Source of the DNA: Dehalococcoidia bacterium
GTDB taxonomy: Bacteria; Chloroflexota; Dehalococcoidia; SHYD01
Direction of reading: 5' to 3'
DNA length: 64,000 bases
Assembly: GCA_965226775.1 (NCBI GenBank)
Contig: CBDDEI010000002.1
Coordinates: 18,479 to 82,478 of the forward strand
Shown here: piece by piece, positions 32,298-42,159 of the stretch
Layout of the letters: every line of letters starts with the position of its first letter
How positions within the stretch are numbered: the stretch's first letter is position 1
Notes under the pieces: generated by a model
The model's input: the letters and a program-made list of their open reading frames with translations, nothing else
Databases searched by the model: none
Told to the model about the DNA's origin: nothing
Position numbers and translations under genes: made by a program

Positions 32298-33344
32298 TTA
32301 GGCGGTGACTGCCTTCCCCAAGTACTTCTCTTCCCACTCCTCCAGCTCCGTGGTGAAGTAACGGACGCGCGTCTTCTTGTACTCTTTGGTGCTGAAAAGA
32401 ACGGTGTAGTCGCCAACGCCGGTGGCCTCAGAGATGCTTTTTGCCACTGCGTGACAGTCCGCCACCTTGCGGCCATGGAGCATGGTGAAGATGTTGTACT
32501 GCCAGTCCTCGTACTTGGGGCGGAGGTAGCAGTGGCTCACCACGCTGAACGAGGCCATCTGCGGCCCGATCTCCATGACCTGATCCTCCGGGACGTTCCA
32601 TACCGCCATGCCGTTGGCGGCGTAGCCAGCGCGCCGGTGATACAGGATGGCGGCAATGCGGCGCAGGTGGCCGGTGCCCTGGAGCTTGCGCGCCTCGTCT
32701 AGCAGTTGCTCTTCTGTCATGCCCAGGCGTTGCGCCGAGGCAAGCAACGGGCGCGATGTAAGCACGAGATCTTCCTGGAGCTCACGGATTACGCGAATAT
32801 CGTCGGGAGTAATGGTATAGTCGCCGGCGGCGTCCCGCTTCTCGGAGGTGTAGACCGGCTCGGAGCGGCGGGTCAGGTCCTGGTCGCCGGTCATGTCCAG
32901 CTCCACGCCTATCTTATAGAGCCGCAGGGTTGGCAGGATGCGCGTGGTGGTTGCGCCGGTGAGCTCGTGAAGGCGGTCGACGGCGGTTTCCAGGTCGCTG
33001 GACGGCGGCGTGGCGAGGGTGTACCAGATATTAAAGCTGTGGTTGCGGCGATAGTTGTGGCTTACGCCGGGATGGGTGTTGATGATGGCCGCCGCCTGCT
33101 CCAGCCGCGCCGGTTCCACCGCGGTGGCTACCAGCGTGCTCTTGTAACCCAGCGCCCGCGTATCGAAGATGGCGCTAACCTGGCGGATGACCCTGTCCTT
33201 CTCCATCCGCCCCATGCGGGCGATGACCTCGGCCTCGGAGATTTCAAGCTGCTCGCCCAGGCGCGCAAAGGGCTGCGGATCCATGGGAAAGTGGCTCTGA
33301 ATAATGTTGAGAAGCTGCTTATCGAGGTTATCCAGGTCTGGCAT
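32298..33344 (-). CDS. Siroheme decarboxylase, fused AhbA/AhbB (NirDL-like)
   Basis: Two Lrp/AsnC-like halves with VSHNYRR and VSHCYLRP; FSTKEYKK. Confidence 0.88.
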   Translation of the reverse strand: MPDLDNLDKQLLNIIQSHFPMDPQPFARLGEQLEISEAEVIARMGRMEKDRVIRQVSAIFDTRALGYKSTLVATAVEPARLEQAAAIINTHPGVSHNYRRNHSFNIWYTLATPPSSDLETAVDRLHELTGATTTRILPTLRLYKIGVELDMTGDQDLTRRSEPVYTSEKRDAAGDYTITPDDIRVIRELQEDLVLTSRPLLASAQRLGMTEEQLLDEARKLQGTGHLRRIAAILYHRRAGYAANGMAVWNVPEDQVMEIGPQMASFSVVSHCYLRPKYEDWQYNIFTMLHGRKVADCHAVAKSISEATGVGDYTVLFSTKEYKKTRVRYFTTELEEWEEKYLGKAVTA

Positions 33345-33563
33345 GGGGAGTCCTCTCCTGCGGTAGTTGCGTATTGCATGCCATTATACAGGGGATGGAA
33401 GTTGTTGTAACTTTGTATGAGCGCTAAAGCGTTTGACTTACCTGGTATCCGCAAAAGAAACGGCGCTCATGGGTGTTTCCGTTGCGGCTTGCCCCTTTGC
33501 CATCAAAGCCGCTTTTGGACGGCGTTCAGAGACCGCTACCTAAGACTGAGGACTACTACCGCA

Positions 33564-34724
33564 TTGCACAAGCTAAGCCAAGCACAGGAAGCCGTTGCCG
33601 CATCGCTGATGGACGGCTGGCTGGTCTACGACTTTCGTCACAGCAACCCGCTGCTGTGGCAACTGCTCGGGGCGTCGCTGCATTCCACGCGGCGGGTGTT
33701 TCTGTGGCTGCCTCGCGAGGGTACGCCGTCGCTGCTGGTGCACCAGGTGGACGCCGGTCACTTCCCGCACGACGGTCTGGAGGTCTGCTCCTATCGCGAC
33801 GGCGACGATCTGCTGCGGCAGTTGCGAGCGCTGCTTGCTGGCAAGGGGACGGTAGCTATGGAGTACTCGCCCATGGGTGCGCTGCCCACCCTTTCTCACG
33901 TGGACGGCGGCACGCTGGAGCTAGTGCGAAGTTTGGGCGTGATCGTGGAGTCGTCTGCAGAACTGGCCCAGCACGCGCTGTGTCGTCTCACGCCGGAAGA
34001 GCTCGCATCGCACCGGCGGGCGGCGGCGGCGCTGGGTGATATCGTGCTGGAGGCTTTCGACTACATTGCGCAGCAGGCCGGCGGTGGAATCCGGGAGCAC
34101 CAGGTAGCCGGCTTCATCCGGGAGCGTTTTGCCGCTGCCGGGCTGGAGACGGACTCGGGGCCAATTGTGGCGGTGAACGGTCACGCGGGCGATCCCCACT
34201 ATGAGCCGCAGGCGCCGGACTCGGCGGTGATAAGGGCGGGAGATTGGGTGCTCATTGACCTCTGGGCCAAGGAGCCGGGCGGCATCTACGGCGACATCAC
34301 TTGGGTGGCCTGCCTCGGTGAGCCTTCCGCGGAGCAGCAACGCGTCTTTGACGTGGTCACCGGCGGTCGAGACGCCGCAGTAGCGTTCTTGCAGCAGGAG
34401 GCCGCGGGAGGGCGCTACGCCCCGGGCGCAGCCGCCGACGGGGTCGCACGAGAGTATATTCGTGCAGCAGGCTACGGAGAGCAGTTCACCCATCGCCTGG
34501 GCCACAGTCTGGGTGACGTGGTGCACGGCTACGGGGCAAACCTGGATGGTTACGAAACCCAGGAGCCGCGACGGCTGGTGCCGGGCCTAGCCTTCACCAT
34601 CGAGCCGGGTGTGTACTTGCCGGCGTTCGGGGTACGCAGTGAGATAGACCTCTTTATGACGGAGCACGGTCCGGAGAGCACTACGGTTGTGCAGCGGGAA
34701 ATCGTGCAGATACCTGTGAAATGA
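33564..34724 (+). CDS. Xaa-Pro peptidase (M24 family)
   Basis: DPHY, LIDLW, YGDITW, HRLGHSLG, FTIEPGVY, GVRSE; probable TTG start after GAGGA (the ORF track starts at 33417). Confidence 0.9.
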   Translation: MHKLSQAQEAVAASLMDGWLVYDFRHSNPLLWQLLGASLHSTRRVFLWLPREGTPSLLVHQVDAGHFPHDGLEVCSYRDGDDLLRQLRALLAGKGTVAMEYSPMGALPTLSHVDGGTLELVRSLGVIVESSAELAQHALCRLTPEELASHRRAAAALGDIVLEAFDYIAQQAGGGIREHQVAGFIRERFAAAGLETDSGPIVAVNGHAGDPHYEPQAPDSAVIRAGDWVLIDLWAKEPGGIYGDITWVACLGEPSAEQQRVFDVVTGGRDAAVAFLQQEAAGGRYAPGAAADGVAREYIRAAGYGEQFTHRLGHSLGDVVHGYGANLDGYETQEPRRLVPGLAFTIEPGVYLPAFGVRSEIDLFMTEHGPESTTVVQREIVQIPVK

Positions 34725-34739
34725 ACAACTGGAGCACTT

Positions 34740-34940
34740 ATGGTACGACGTAACGACGAACCAGAGGACGAAGGCTACATTCCCGACGAGGACGACCCTG
34801 ACTACAAGCTGTCGGAGGCGGCGGGCTACGCTGGTTGGGAGCAGCCCAAACGGCAATGGTTGCGCCCGCTGCTGCTCGGCATTAGCCTGCTCATCCTCGC
34901 CTCTCTGCTTGCGCCCATGATCCTCGTTGTGCTGCGCTAG
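34740..34940 (+). CDS. Small membrane protein
   Basis: RBS GGAG, acidic N-terminus and one C-terminal TM helix. Confidence 0.7.
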   Translation: MVRRNDEPEDEGYIPDEDDPDYKLSEAAGYAGWEQPKRQWLRPLLLGISLLILASLLAPMILVVLR

Positions 34941-35063
34941 CAAAAGTTCACACAACCCTTGCCTTCAACCACCTTCAACTGCGTGCTGCTGCGCTTTGAC
35001 GCGCCGCGCTCGCTACCCCTACACTTAGCTCCATCTATCTAAAGGAGCCTAAACACCAACACT

Positions 35064-35522
35064 ATGAGCGTAGAAGATAAGCTGAAAGAGCTTGGCCTTA
35101 CCCTGCCGGAGCCGCCGCGCCCGGTGGCAACCTATGACCCCGCCGCGCGAGCCGGGAACCTGCTGTTCATCAGCGGCCAGCTCCCCCTTGTCGATGGGCG
35201 GCTACAGAAGATGGGCAAGCTGGGCGGCCAGTTCACGCTGGACGAGGGCGCTGATGCTGCCAAACGCGCCACGCTGAACGCGCTGGCCGTCGCGAAGCAG
35301 AGCCTGGGGAGTCTGGACAACGTGCTGCAAGTAGTGCGACTGGGTGTGCACGTGGCCTCTGCCTCCGGCTTCACCGACCAGTCACGGGTGGCTAACGGCG
35401 CATCGGAGCTGCTCATTGCGGTGTTTGGGGACGCGGGACGCCACGCGCGCCTAGCCCTGGGCGCCTCAGAGCTCCCGCTGGGATCGCCGGTGGAGATAGA
35501 GCTTATCTTAGAGGTCAAGTAG
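35064..35522 (+). CDS. RidA/YjgF family protein
   Basis: LFISGQLP, VANGASELL, GRHAR, PVEIE; RBS AAGGAG. Confidence 0.92.
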   Translation: MSVEDKLKELGLTLPEPPRPVATYDPAARAGNLLFISGQLPLVDGRLQKMGKLGGQFTLDEGADAAKRATLNALAVAKQSLGSLDNVLQVVRLGVHVASASGFTDQSRVANGASELLIAVFGDAGRHARLALGASELPLGSPVEIELILEVK

Positions 35523-35568
35523 CGCCGCCCCCAAAGGCGGGCACGCTCAGAATGACGTGGTGGGCATG

Positions 35569-36918
35569 CTAGGCGTCGCCGGGCTTGAGGTGAGGACGAC
35601 GCAGCATCTGTAGCAGAACCAGGTTCACCGCCACAATGGCTGCAAAGGTGAACATGGCTATCTGATAGCTGCCAGTGTTGTCGTATACCAGTCCCGCAAA
35701 GAGAGGGCCGCTGATAGTTCCCAAAGTGTTTATGGGGGTCATTGCGCCCGCGATGGTGGCAAACGCGCGCCGTCCAAAGTAGTCTCCCCTTAGCGCAGAC
35801 ATGAGGGCAGCCGCACCACCGTACGCGGGGGCGTAGAGCACCAAGAAGATGCCCACCTGCCACACCTCCGTGGCGAACGCCAGCACCAGCACTCCTACAA
35901 GGAGCACCAGCAGGGCCGCCGTATAGACCACCTTCTTATCGAAGCGGTCCCCGATATACCCTAGCCCTATGCGCCCGATGATGCTCAGGATAGCCTGCGC
36001 GCTCAAGGCAAAGGCTGCTTCCAAGGGACTCCGCCCCATGTCGCTGAGCAGCGGCACAAGATGGAGCGTCACGGCGCTGGTGACCATCACTCGCATAGCG
36101 AACGAGAAGGCCAGCACCCAGAAAGCGGGCGTAGAGAGCGCCTGCCTGACAGTAAACTCTTCCTCCACAACGCGCGGTCTGGCGCGCGTGCGCTCGCTGT
36201 TGGCCGCGGTTGCGTCTTCCGCGGGTGCGGTCTCGCCATCCGGCAAGTAGCCGTAGTCTTCCGGACGGTGCCGCATCACGAAGGCGGCGGGTATGCCAAC
36301 AATAAGCACCAGGAAGGCCGCAAAGACAGAGGCCTGCTCCCAGGAAGTGCGAGCCAATACCATGCCGATGACCGGCACCCACAGGCCCGCGCCAATGCCT
36401 ACGCCCGCAGAGAGGATGCCCAGAGCCATTCCCCTACGGCGGATGAACCAGTTGGCAACAGCGGTGTTAGCGGCCATGCCGGTACCCAGCGAGCTGCCCA
36501 GAGTGATGCCTAGGACATAGATGGTATAGAAGAGAATAAGGGCGTCCCAGCCGGTGAAGGCGGTGATGTCTGCCACGCGAGACAACAGATAGAAGCCTAC
36601 CGCAATCAAGGGCACGCCCAAGAGCATCATCTTGCGAGGCCCAAAGCGGTCCACCAGGAAGCCCTCCAGCGGGCCGATAAGGCCGCTCTCCAAGCGGGCC
36701 AGGGAGAGGGCGCCGGAGAGGGCCGCCCGGCTCCAGCCAAACTGGGTGGTGAGGGGGATAAAGAAGAGGCTGAGGCCGTAGGTATTGGTGGTGCCCACTA
36801 CCGTCATGATGGCGGTGCCGGCGATGAGGATCCACCAGCCGTAGAAGATATTGGGAAGGAATGGGATCTTGCGGCGAACTGGGCCTGCCGCTGGGGCCTC
36901 TGATGATGCGGCGCTCAC
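35569..36918 (-). CDS. MFS transporter
   Basis: About 12 hydrophobic segments; motif A GFLVDRFGPRK and GYIGDRFDKK. Confidence 0.92.
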   Translation of the reverse strand: MSAASSEAPAAGPVRRKIPFLPNIFYGWWILIAGTAIMTVVGTTNTYGLSLFFIPLTTQFGWSRAALSGALSLARLESGLIGPLEGFLVDRFGPRKMMLLGVPLIAVGFYLLSRVADITAFTGWDALILFYTIYVLGITLGSSLGTGMAANTAVANWFIRRRGMALGILSAGVGIGAGLWVPVIGMVLARTSWEQASVFAAFLVLIVGIPAAFVMRHRPEDYGYLPDGETAPAEDATAANSERTRARPRVVEEEFTVRQALSTPAFWVLAFSFAMRVMVTSAVTLHLVPLLSDMGRSPLEAAFALSAQAILSIIGRIGLGYIGDRFDKKVVYTAALLVLLVGVLVLAFATEVWQVGIFLVLYAPAYGGAAALMSALRGDYFGRRAFATIAGAMTPINTLGTISGPLFAGLVYDNTGSYQIAMFTFAAIVAVNLVLLQMLRRPHLKPGDA

Positions 36919-39179
36919 TCCACCTTCTCCAAAGGCGCAAAACTCAGCAGGAGTTTCTTGATCCCGGACTCGCCCTTAAAGGCGACGGTGACCAGGAAGT
37001 CGCTGCGGTCTGGCACGCAACTTAGCACGATGCCCTCCCCGAATTGCTTGTGGCGCACGTGGTCGCCGGCGCTGAAGCGCGCTGCAACCGCTTCCTCCTC
37101 GGACGGGGCAGCCTCGCGGGCAGGCGCGGCGCTGGCGGGGATGCGCGTGGGCTGCGGTCGGGGCACGGCGCGGGGCGTCGGCGGTGACAGCATCGGTTGC
37201 GACGAGGGCATGTTCGGTCGCCCGCCTTCGGTAAGGTGCGCGGGCAGGTCGCGCAGGAAGCGCGAGGGCGGGCTGTGCATCCGGTTGCCCGCAAAGCCGC
37301 GGCGGAACGCCCGCAGGAGATAGAGGCGCTGCTTGGCGCGGGTGAAGCCCACGTAGGCCAGGCGTCGCTCTTCCTCCATCTGGTTGGGGTTGTCAAAGGA
37401 GCGCATGTGGGGCAGCACCCCCTCTTCCAGGCCGGTGATGAACACCACCGGATACTCCAGCCCCTTGGCCTGATGCAGGGTGATGAGGGTGACCGAATCC
37501 TGTGACTCCTCAAGGCTGTCCAGGTCGGAGACGAGGGAGACGTTCTCCAAGAAACTGGTGAGCCCTTCTTCCGGCTCGGCATCGCTGAACTGCTGAGCTA
37601 CGGTCTGAAGCTCCTGGATGTTCTCCCAGCGGTCCTCACCGTCTTCCTCATAGTTGTCCAGAAGGAAGCGGCGGTAGCCTACCCGCGCCAGCAGCAGCTC
37701 GAAGAAGGCATCCAGGCGCTGGGTCTCGGCAGCCTGTATCAGCTCGTTGAGCAGCCTCAAGAACTGCTGGAGTGCGCCGGTGGTCTTCGTCGTGAACTTT
37801 GGCTTATCCCCCAGGGCAGGAGGGCTCTCGGCAGCATCCGAATCATCGGCCGCAAGGAGCAACTGAAGTGCGGTATAACGGGGCACCCGGTGCGCCGCTG
37901 CCCAGCGGTTGAGCTCCTCCAGGGTGCGCTGGCCGATACCCCGGCCGGGCACGTTGATGACCCGCTGAAGGCTCACGTTATCAAAGGGGTTCATCGAGAG
38001 GCGCAGGTAGGCCAGGATGTCCTTCACTTCACGGCGCTCGTAGAAGCGGGTTGCGCCCACCAGCTTGTAGGGCGTACCGCTGCGCACCAGCGCCTCTTCC
38101 AGCGCGCGGGATTGGGCGTTGGTGCGGTACATAACGGCGCAGTCGCGCCAGTCATAGGTGCCGCGCACCACCAGCCGCTCCAGCTCCTGCGCCACGTAGT
38201 AGGCTTCTTCCTCCTCGTCGTAGCCCTCCCGCACGGTGATGGGAGAGCCGGCATCGTTCTCCGTCCAGAGCTGCACGTCCTTGCGCTGGCGGTTCACGGC
38301 TATCAGGTTGTGGGCGGCCTCTAGAATGGTCTTGGTGGAGCGATAGTTCTGCTCCAAGTGCACCACTGCCGCCTCGGGATAGTCTTGCTCAAAGTTGAGG
38401 ATGTTGCGGATGTCCGCGGAACGCCAGGAGTAGATCGACTGATCAGGGTCACCCACCACGCAGATGTTGCGGTGCTGCTCCGCCAGCATGCGCGCCCAGA
38501 CGTACTGGGCCACGTTGGTGTCCTGGAACTCGTCGATGAGCAGATGCAGGTAGCGTGACTGGTACTTCTCCAACACCGCCGGGTTCTCTCGCAACAGCAG
38601 CACGGTGCGCATGATGAGATCGTCAAAGTCCAGGGCTTTGGCCTCGGTAAGCGCGTGCTGATACTCCTCGTAGGCTCGCCGCACCACCTCCTCAAAGTAG
38701 CTCTGACTGCGATAGTCCTGGGGTTCCAGCAACTGGCTCTTAGCCTGGCTGATGGAGGAGAGCACGGAGCGAGGGCTGAAACGCTTGGTGTCTACTTCCA
38801 GGGTGATAAGACAACGCTTGATCACCTCCATCTGATCGTCGTCGTCATAGATGATGAAGCGACGGTCAAGGCCCACGTGGTCGGCCTCCGCCCGCAGCAT
38901 GCGGGTGCACACAGCGTGGAAGGTGCCCATAGTCACGTCGTCCGCCATGGGGCCAATGAGGCTGCGCAGCCGTTCCTTCATCTCCCGGGCCGCCTTGTTG
39001 GTGAAGGTGACCGCCATGATGCGGTAGGGGTGGACGCCATCCTCCTGAATGATATGCGCAATGCGATGGGTGATGACGCGCGTCTTGCCGCTGCCGGGGC
39101 CCGCCAGGATAAGCAAAGGCCCGCCGGTGTGGGCCACCGCGCGGCGTTGCTCAGGGTTCAGGGCTGCAAGAATGTCCAT
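36915..39179 (-). CDS. pcrA: ATP-dependent DNA helicase PcrA/UvrD
   Basis: AGPGSGKT, DEFQDTN, VGDPDQSIYSWR, LEQNYRS, TLHQAKGLEY, EERRLAYVGFTRA and a C-terminal Tudor-like domain. Confidence 0.97.
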   Translation of the reverse strand: MDILAALNPEQRRAVAHTGGPLLILAGPGSGKTRVITHRIAHIIQEDGVHPYRIMAVTFTNKAAREMKERLRSLIGPMADDVTMGTFHAVCTRMLRAEADHVGLDRRFIIYDDDDQMEVIKRCLITLEVDTKRFSPRSVLSSISQAKSQLLEPQDYRSQSYFEEVVRRAYEEYQHALTEAKALDFDDLIMRTVLLLRENPAVLEKYQSRYLHLLIDEFQDTNVAQYVWARMLAEQHRNICVVGDPDQSIYSWRSADIRNILNFEQDYPEAAVVHLEQNYRSTKTILEAAHNLIAVNRQRKDVQLWTENDAGSPITVREGYDEEEEAYYVAQELERLVVRGTYDWRDCAVMYRTNAQSRALEEALVRSGTPYKLVGATRFYERREVKDILAYLRLSMNPFDNVSLQRVINVPGRGIGQRTLEELNRWAAAHRVPRYTALQLLLAADDSDAAESPPALGDKPKFTTKTTGALQQFLRLLNELIQAAETQRLDAFFELLLARVGYRRFLLDNYEEDGEDRWENIQELQTVAQQFSDAEPEEGLTSFLENVSLVSDLDSLEESQDSVTLITLHQAKGLEYPVVFITGLEEGVLPHMRSFDNPNQMEEERRLAYVGFTRAKQRLYLLRAFRRGFAGNRMHSPPSRFLRDLPAHLTEGGRPNMPSSQPMLSPPTPRAVPRPQPTRIPASAAPAREAAPSEEEAVAARFSAGDHVRHKQFGEGIVLSCVPDRSDFLVTVAFKGESGIKKLLLSFAPLEKVE

Positions 39180-39443
39180 GAGTGAGAGGCTCTAGGGGCA
39201 TTATAATCCCACAGACGCCCCTCACCCTAGCCCTCTCCCAGAGGGAGAGGGGACCTAAAACTTTACGGCGAACTTAGAGGGGTCTTCACCGCACTTAGTT
39301 GTGAGGTTGTAGGCATTTCTAATCGTATCAGGAGTGTCCCAATTCAACGTGAGGTATAGTTGCTCCCCAGATGGCATCATGTTCAGTTTAGTAGGATTAG
39401 AGAAGTACCCCCTCTCCCTCTGGGAGAGGGTTGGGGTGAGGGA

Positions 39444-39821
39444 ATGACCTACCGCGGCGGTCTGGCTAAAGCCACACTCTTAGAGCGAAGCCGCGCGTTG
39501 CGCATAGCTGGCACAGATGCAGAAACGTTGCTCTGGCGCTCTCTCCGCAGACGGCAGATGGCCGGCGTAAAATTCAGGCGGCAGCACCAGTATAGTGGCT
39601 ACATTTTGGACTTCTTTTGCTCTGAGCGCAGTCTGGTTATTGAAGTGGATGGCGGGCAGCACGCTGTCAGCGAACAAGCTGAATACGACGTTGTTAGGAC
39701 TCAGTATCTAGAGGCAAGCGGGTTGAGAGTAATCCGCTTTACCAATACGGAAGTGCTGAATGAGACCGAGGCTGTACTGAGTTTTATCTGGGATACAGTT
39801 ACCTCGCTTCCCTCACCCTAG
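39444..39821 (+). CDS. DUF559 (Vsr-like) endonuclease, copy 1
   Basis: TDAETLLW, KFRRQH, YILDF, LVIEVDGGQH, D..R, VIRFTN. Confidence 0.92.
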   Translation: MTYRGGLAKATLLERSRALRIAGTDAETLLWRSLRRRQMAGVKFRRQHQYSGYILDFFCSERSLVIEVDGGQHAVSEQAEYDVVRTQYLEASGLRVIRFTNTEVLNETEAVLSFIWDTVTSLPSP

Positions 39822-40034
39822 CCCTCTCCCAGAGGGAGAGGGGATCTAAAACTTTACGGCGAACTTGGAGGGGTCTTCACCGCACTTCGTTGTGAGATTG
39901 TAGGCATTTCTAATCGTATCAGGAGTGTCCCAATTCAACGTGAGGTATAGTTGCTCGCCAGATGACATCATGTTCAGTTTGACAGGATAAGAGAAGTACT
40001 CCCTCTCCCTCTGGGAGAGGGTTGGGGTGAGGGA

Positions 40035-40412
40035 ATGACCTACCGCGGCGGTCTGGCTAAAGCCACACTCTTAGAGCGAAGCCGCGCGTTGCGCAGAGCT
40101 GGCACAGATGCAGAAACGTTGCTCTGGCGCTCTCTCCGCAGACGGCAGATGGCCGGCGTAAAGTTCCGGCGGCAGCACCAGTATAGTGGCTACATTTTGG
40201 ACTTCTTTTGCTCTGAGCACAGTCTGGTTATTGAAGTGGATGGCGGGCAGCACGCTGTCAGCGAACAGGCAGAATACGACGTTGCTAGGACTCAGGATTT
40301 AGAGGCAAGCGGGTTGAGAGTAATCCGCTTTACCAATACGGAAGTGCTGAATGAGACCGAGGCTGTACTGAGTATTATCTGGGATGCAGTTACCTCGCTT
40401 CCCTCACCCTAG
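40035..40412 (+). CDS. DUF559 (Vsr-like) endonuclease, copy 2
   Basis: Same motifs; 6 amino-acid differences from copy 1. Confidence 0.92.
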   Translation: MTYRGGLAKATLLERSRALRRAGTDAETLLWRSLRRRQMAGVKFRRQHQYSGYILDFFCSEHSLVIEVDGGQHAVSEQAEYDVARTQDLEASGLRVIRFTNTEVLNETEAVLSIIWDAVTSLPSP

Positions 40413-40545
40413 CCCTCTCCCAGAGGGAGAGGGGATCATAGTGTTGCAGCGCCTGGGAAAGCTTCCTGGTAATTCTGGTGTCCTGGGGCGCAACGCACTA
40501 CAATAGGGCTTGCGTCACGAACAATGTAGGAGTGAGTACGTCACT

Positions 40546-40827
40546 ATGGCTAAGTTTAACCAGGACGATAAGGTGCGCGTAGGAGGCTATTCCCGGCACC
40601 CTATCTGCGTCACCGGCTACGAGCTAGGCGCCGATTGCCGGCACATTATGGATGAAGAGGGCGTTGTTCAGGAGGTCACCGCTACGGCGATTTACCCCGA
40701 TGAGGACGACCCCAGAAGCGGGGACCTGCAACCAAACTTGCTTTACAAGATCTACATCCCCTTGTCCGGCCCGGACCATGAATTGCACCTTATTCCGGAA
40801 GACTGGCTCATTACCGTCGAGCCGTAA
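40546..40827 (+). CDS. Small hypothetical protein (SH3/KOW-like), paralog A
   Basis: RBS AGGAG; MAKFNQDDKVRV..PIC-x9-C..G.V..Y.I..IPEDWL. Confidence 0.7.
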   Translation: MAKFNQDDKVRVGGYSRHPICVTGYELGADCRHIMDEEGVVQEVTATAIYPDEDDPRSGDLQPNLLYKIYIPLSGPDHELHLIPEDWLITVEP

Positions 40828-40906
40828 AACCCCCGGCATGTGCTACACTCGTGCGGGCGTTATGCATGCCCGCACTGCTTTTTTGTCGAATGGAGGATAG
40901 GCGATT

Positions 40907-41194
40907 GTGGCCAAGTTCAATACAGGCGATAGCGTAGTCATCAATGAAAAAGGGGCCTTCCCCCTGTGCCTGGAGGGAGAGAAGGACAATATCTCTTGCA
41001 GCTACATCCTGGGACAGACCGGCATGGTCAAAGGGATGGCGGACACCACTGTTCCTGTGCCCGGGCGAGTTCCCGCCGGACAGACGCCGCCACCGCCGCG
41101 CGCCGTGTACATGATACAGATCTCCCTTGCCGGCCGGGATGACACGCACGACGTGCATCAGGTGCCGGAGGACTGGCTAGACGCCGCATCGTAG
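40907..41194 (+). CDS. Small hypothetical protein (SH3/KOW-like), paralog B
   Basis: RBS GGAGG; MAKFNTGDSVVI..PLC-x9-C..G.V..Y.I..VPEDWL. Confidence 0.7.
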   Translation: MAKFNTGDSVVINEKGAFPLCLEGEKDNISCSYILGQTGMVKGMADTTVPVPGRVPAGQTPPPPRAVYMIQISLAGRDDTHDVHQVPEDWLDAAS

Positions 41195-41315
41195 CAGCCG
41201 CTTCAATACGGCTCCTATCTTATGCTACGGTAGTATGGAAGTAGAGCACGCCGACGACCTAGTCAGCTTGCTAGAGACCATGAGCGCGATCCATTAGCTC
41301 AGAGAGGCGGGGACG

Positions 41316-42098
41316 ATGGATTTAGGACTGAACGGTAAGATAGCCGTAGTGACAGGCAGCAGTGAAGGCATTGGCAAAGCGACTGCCACAGCCCTGTCGC
41401 AAGAGGGCGCGAAGGTAGCCATCTGCGCCCGCAGGCCGGACCAGCTTGAGAGCGCTGCCCAGGAGATCCGCTCGGCCAGCGGCGGCGAGGTGTTGGCCGT
41501 GCCCACGGACGTGATGCAGCCTGACCAACTCGAAGCCTTCTTGCAGCGCGTCATCGACACATGGGGCGGCATCGATATCTTAGTGAACAACGCGGGCACC
41601 GCCGCATCCGGCGCCTTTGAGTCCGTCTCGGATGAAACATGGAAGTCGGACATGGAGCTGAAGCTATTTGGCGCAATCCGCACCTCCCGTATCGCTATTC
41701 CCGTGATGCGCGCGCGCGGGGGCGGGCGCATTATCAACATCACCCAGATTCTGGGCAAGCAGCCCCCCGCCAACTCCGTCCCCACCTCCGTAACGCGTGC
41801 TGCGGGCATTGCGCTTACTAAGGAGCTCTCCAAAGAGCTGGCCAAGGACAAGATTCTGGTCAACACCATATGCGTGAACCTGGTGAAGAGCGGGCAGATG
41901 GCCCGCAGCGCCCAGCGCAACTACCCAGGGATGAGCGTAGAAGAAGGCTGGGCCGAGATGGGGAAGAGCGTGCCCCTTGGTCGTATGGCCGAGGCGGAAG
42001 AGGTGGCGAACGTTATCGCGTTCCTGGCCTCCGACCGCGCGTCCTACCTAACGGGCGCAGCCATCAATGTGGACGGAGGCGCCAGCGGCGCGGTCTAG
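41316..42098 (+). CDS. SDR-family oxidoreductase
   Basis: TGSSEGIG, DILVNNAG, VDGG; the catalytic YxxxK is replaced by TSVTR. Confidence 0.92.
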   Translation: MDLGLNGKIAVVTGSSEGIGKATATALSQEGAKVAICARRPDQLESAAQEIRSASGGEVLAVPTDVMQPDQLEAFLQRVIDTWGGIDILVNNAGTAASGAFESVSDETWKSDMELKLFGAIRTSRIAIPVMRARGGGRIINITQILGKQPPANSVPTSVTRAAGIALTKELSKELAKDKILVNTICVNLVKSGQMARSAQRNYPGMSVEEGWAEMGKSVPLGRMAEAEEVANVIAFLASDRASYLTGAAINVDGGASGAV

Positions 42099-42126
42099 CT
42101 GCTACAGCTAATTCTAAAAAGGTAGA

Positions 42127-42159
42127 AATTGGGGCGCTCGCTTAACACGAGCGCCCCTA
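42127..42159. terminator. Hairpin between convergent genes
   Basis: GGGGCGCTCG-CTTAACA-CGAGCGCCCC. Confidence 0.65.

Larger units (their letters stand above)
39219..40434. mobile_element. Tandemly duplicated 591-bp unit bounded by 34-bp palindromic (BoxC-like) repeats, each unit carrying a DUF559 gene
   Basis: Forward repeat CCCTCACCCTAGCCCTCTCCCAGAGGGAGAGGGG at 39219, 39810 and 40401; inverted copies at ~39409-39442 and ~40001-40033. Confidence 0.75.

Noticed and set aside
39360-39443. N-terminal extension of DUF559 copy 1
   Set aside because: Translates through the palindromic repeat; the equivalent region in copy 2 contains a stop.
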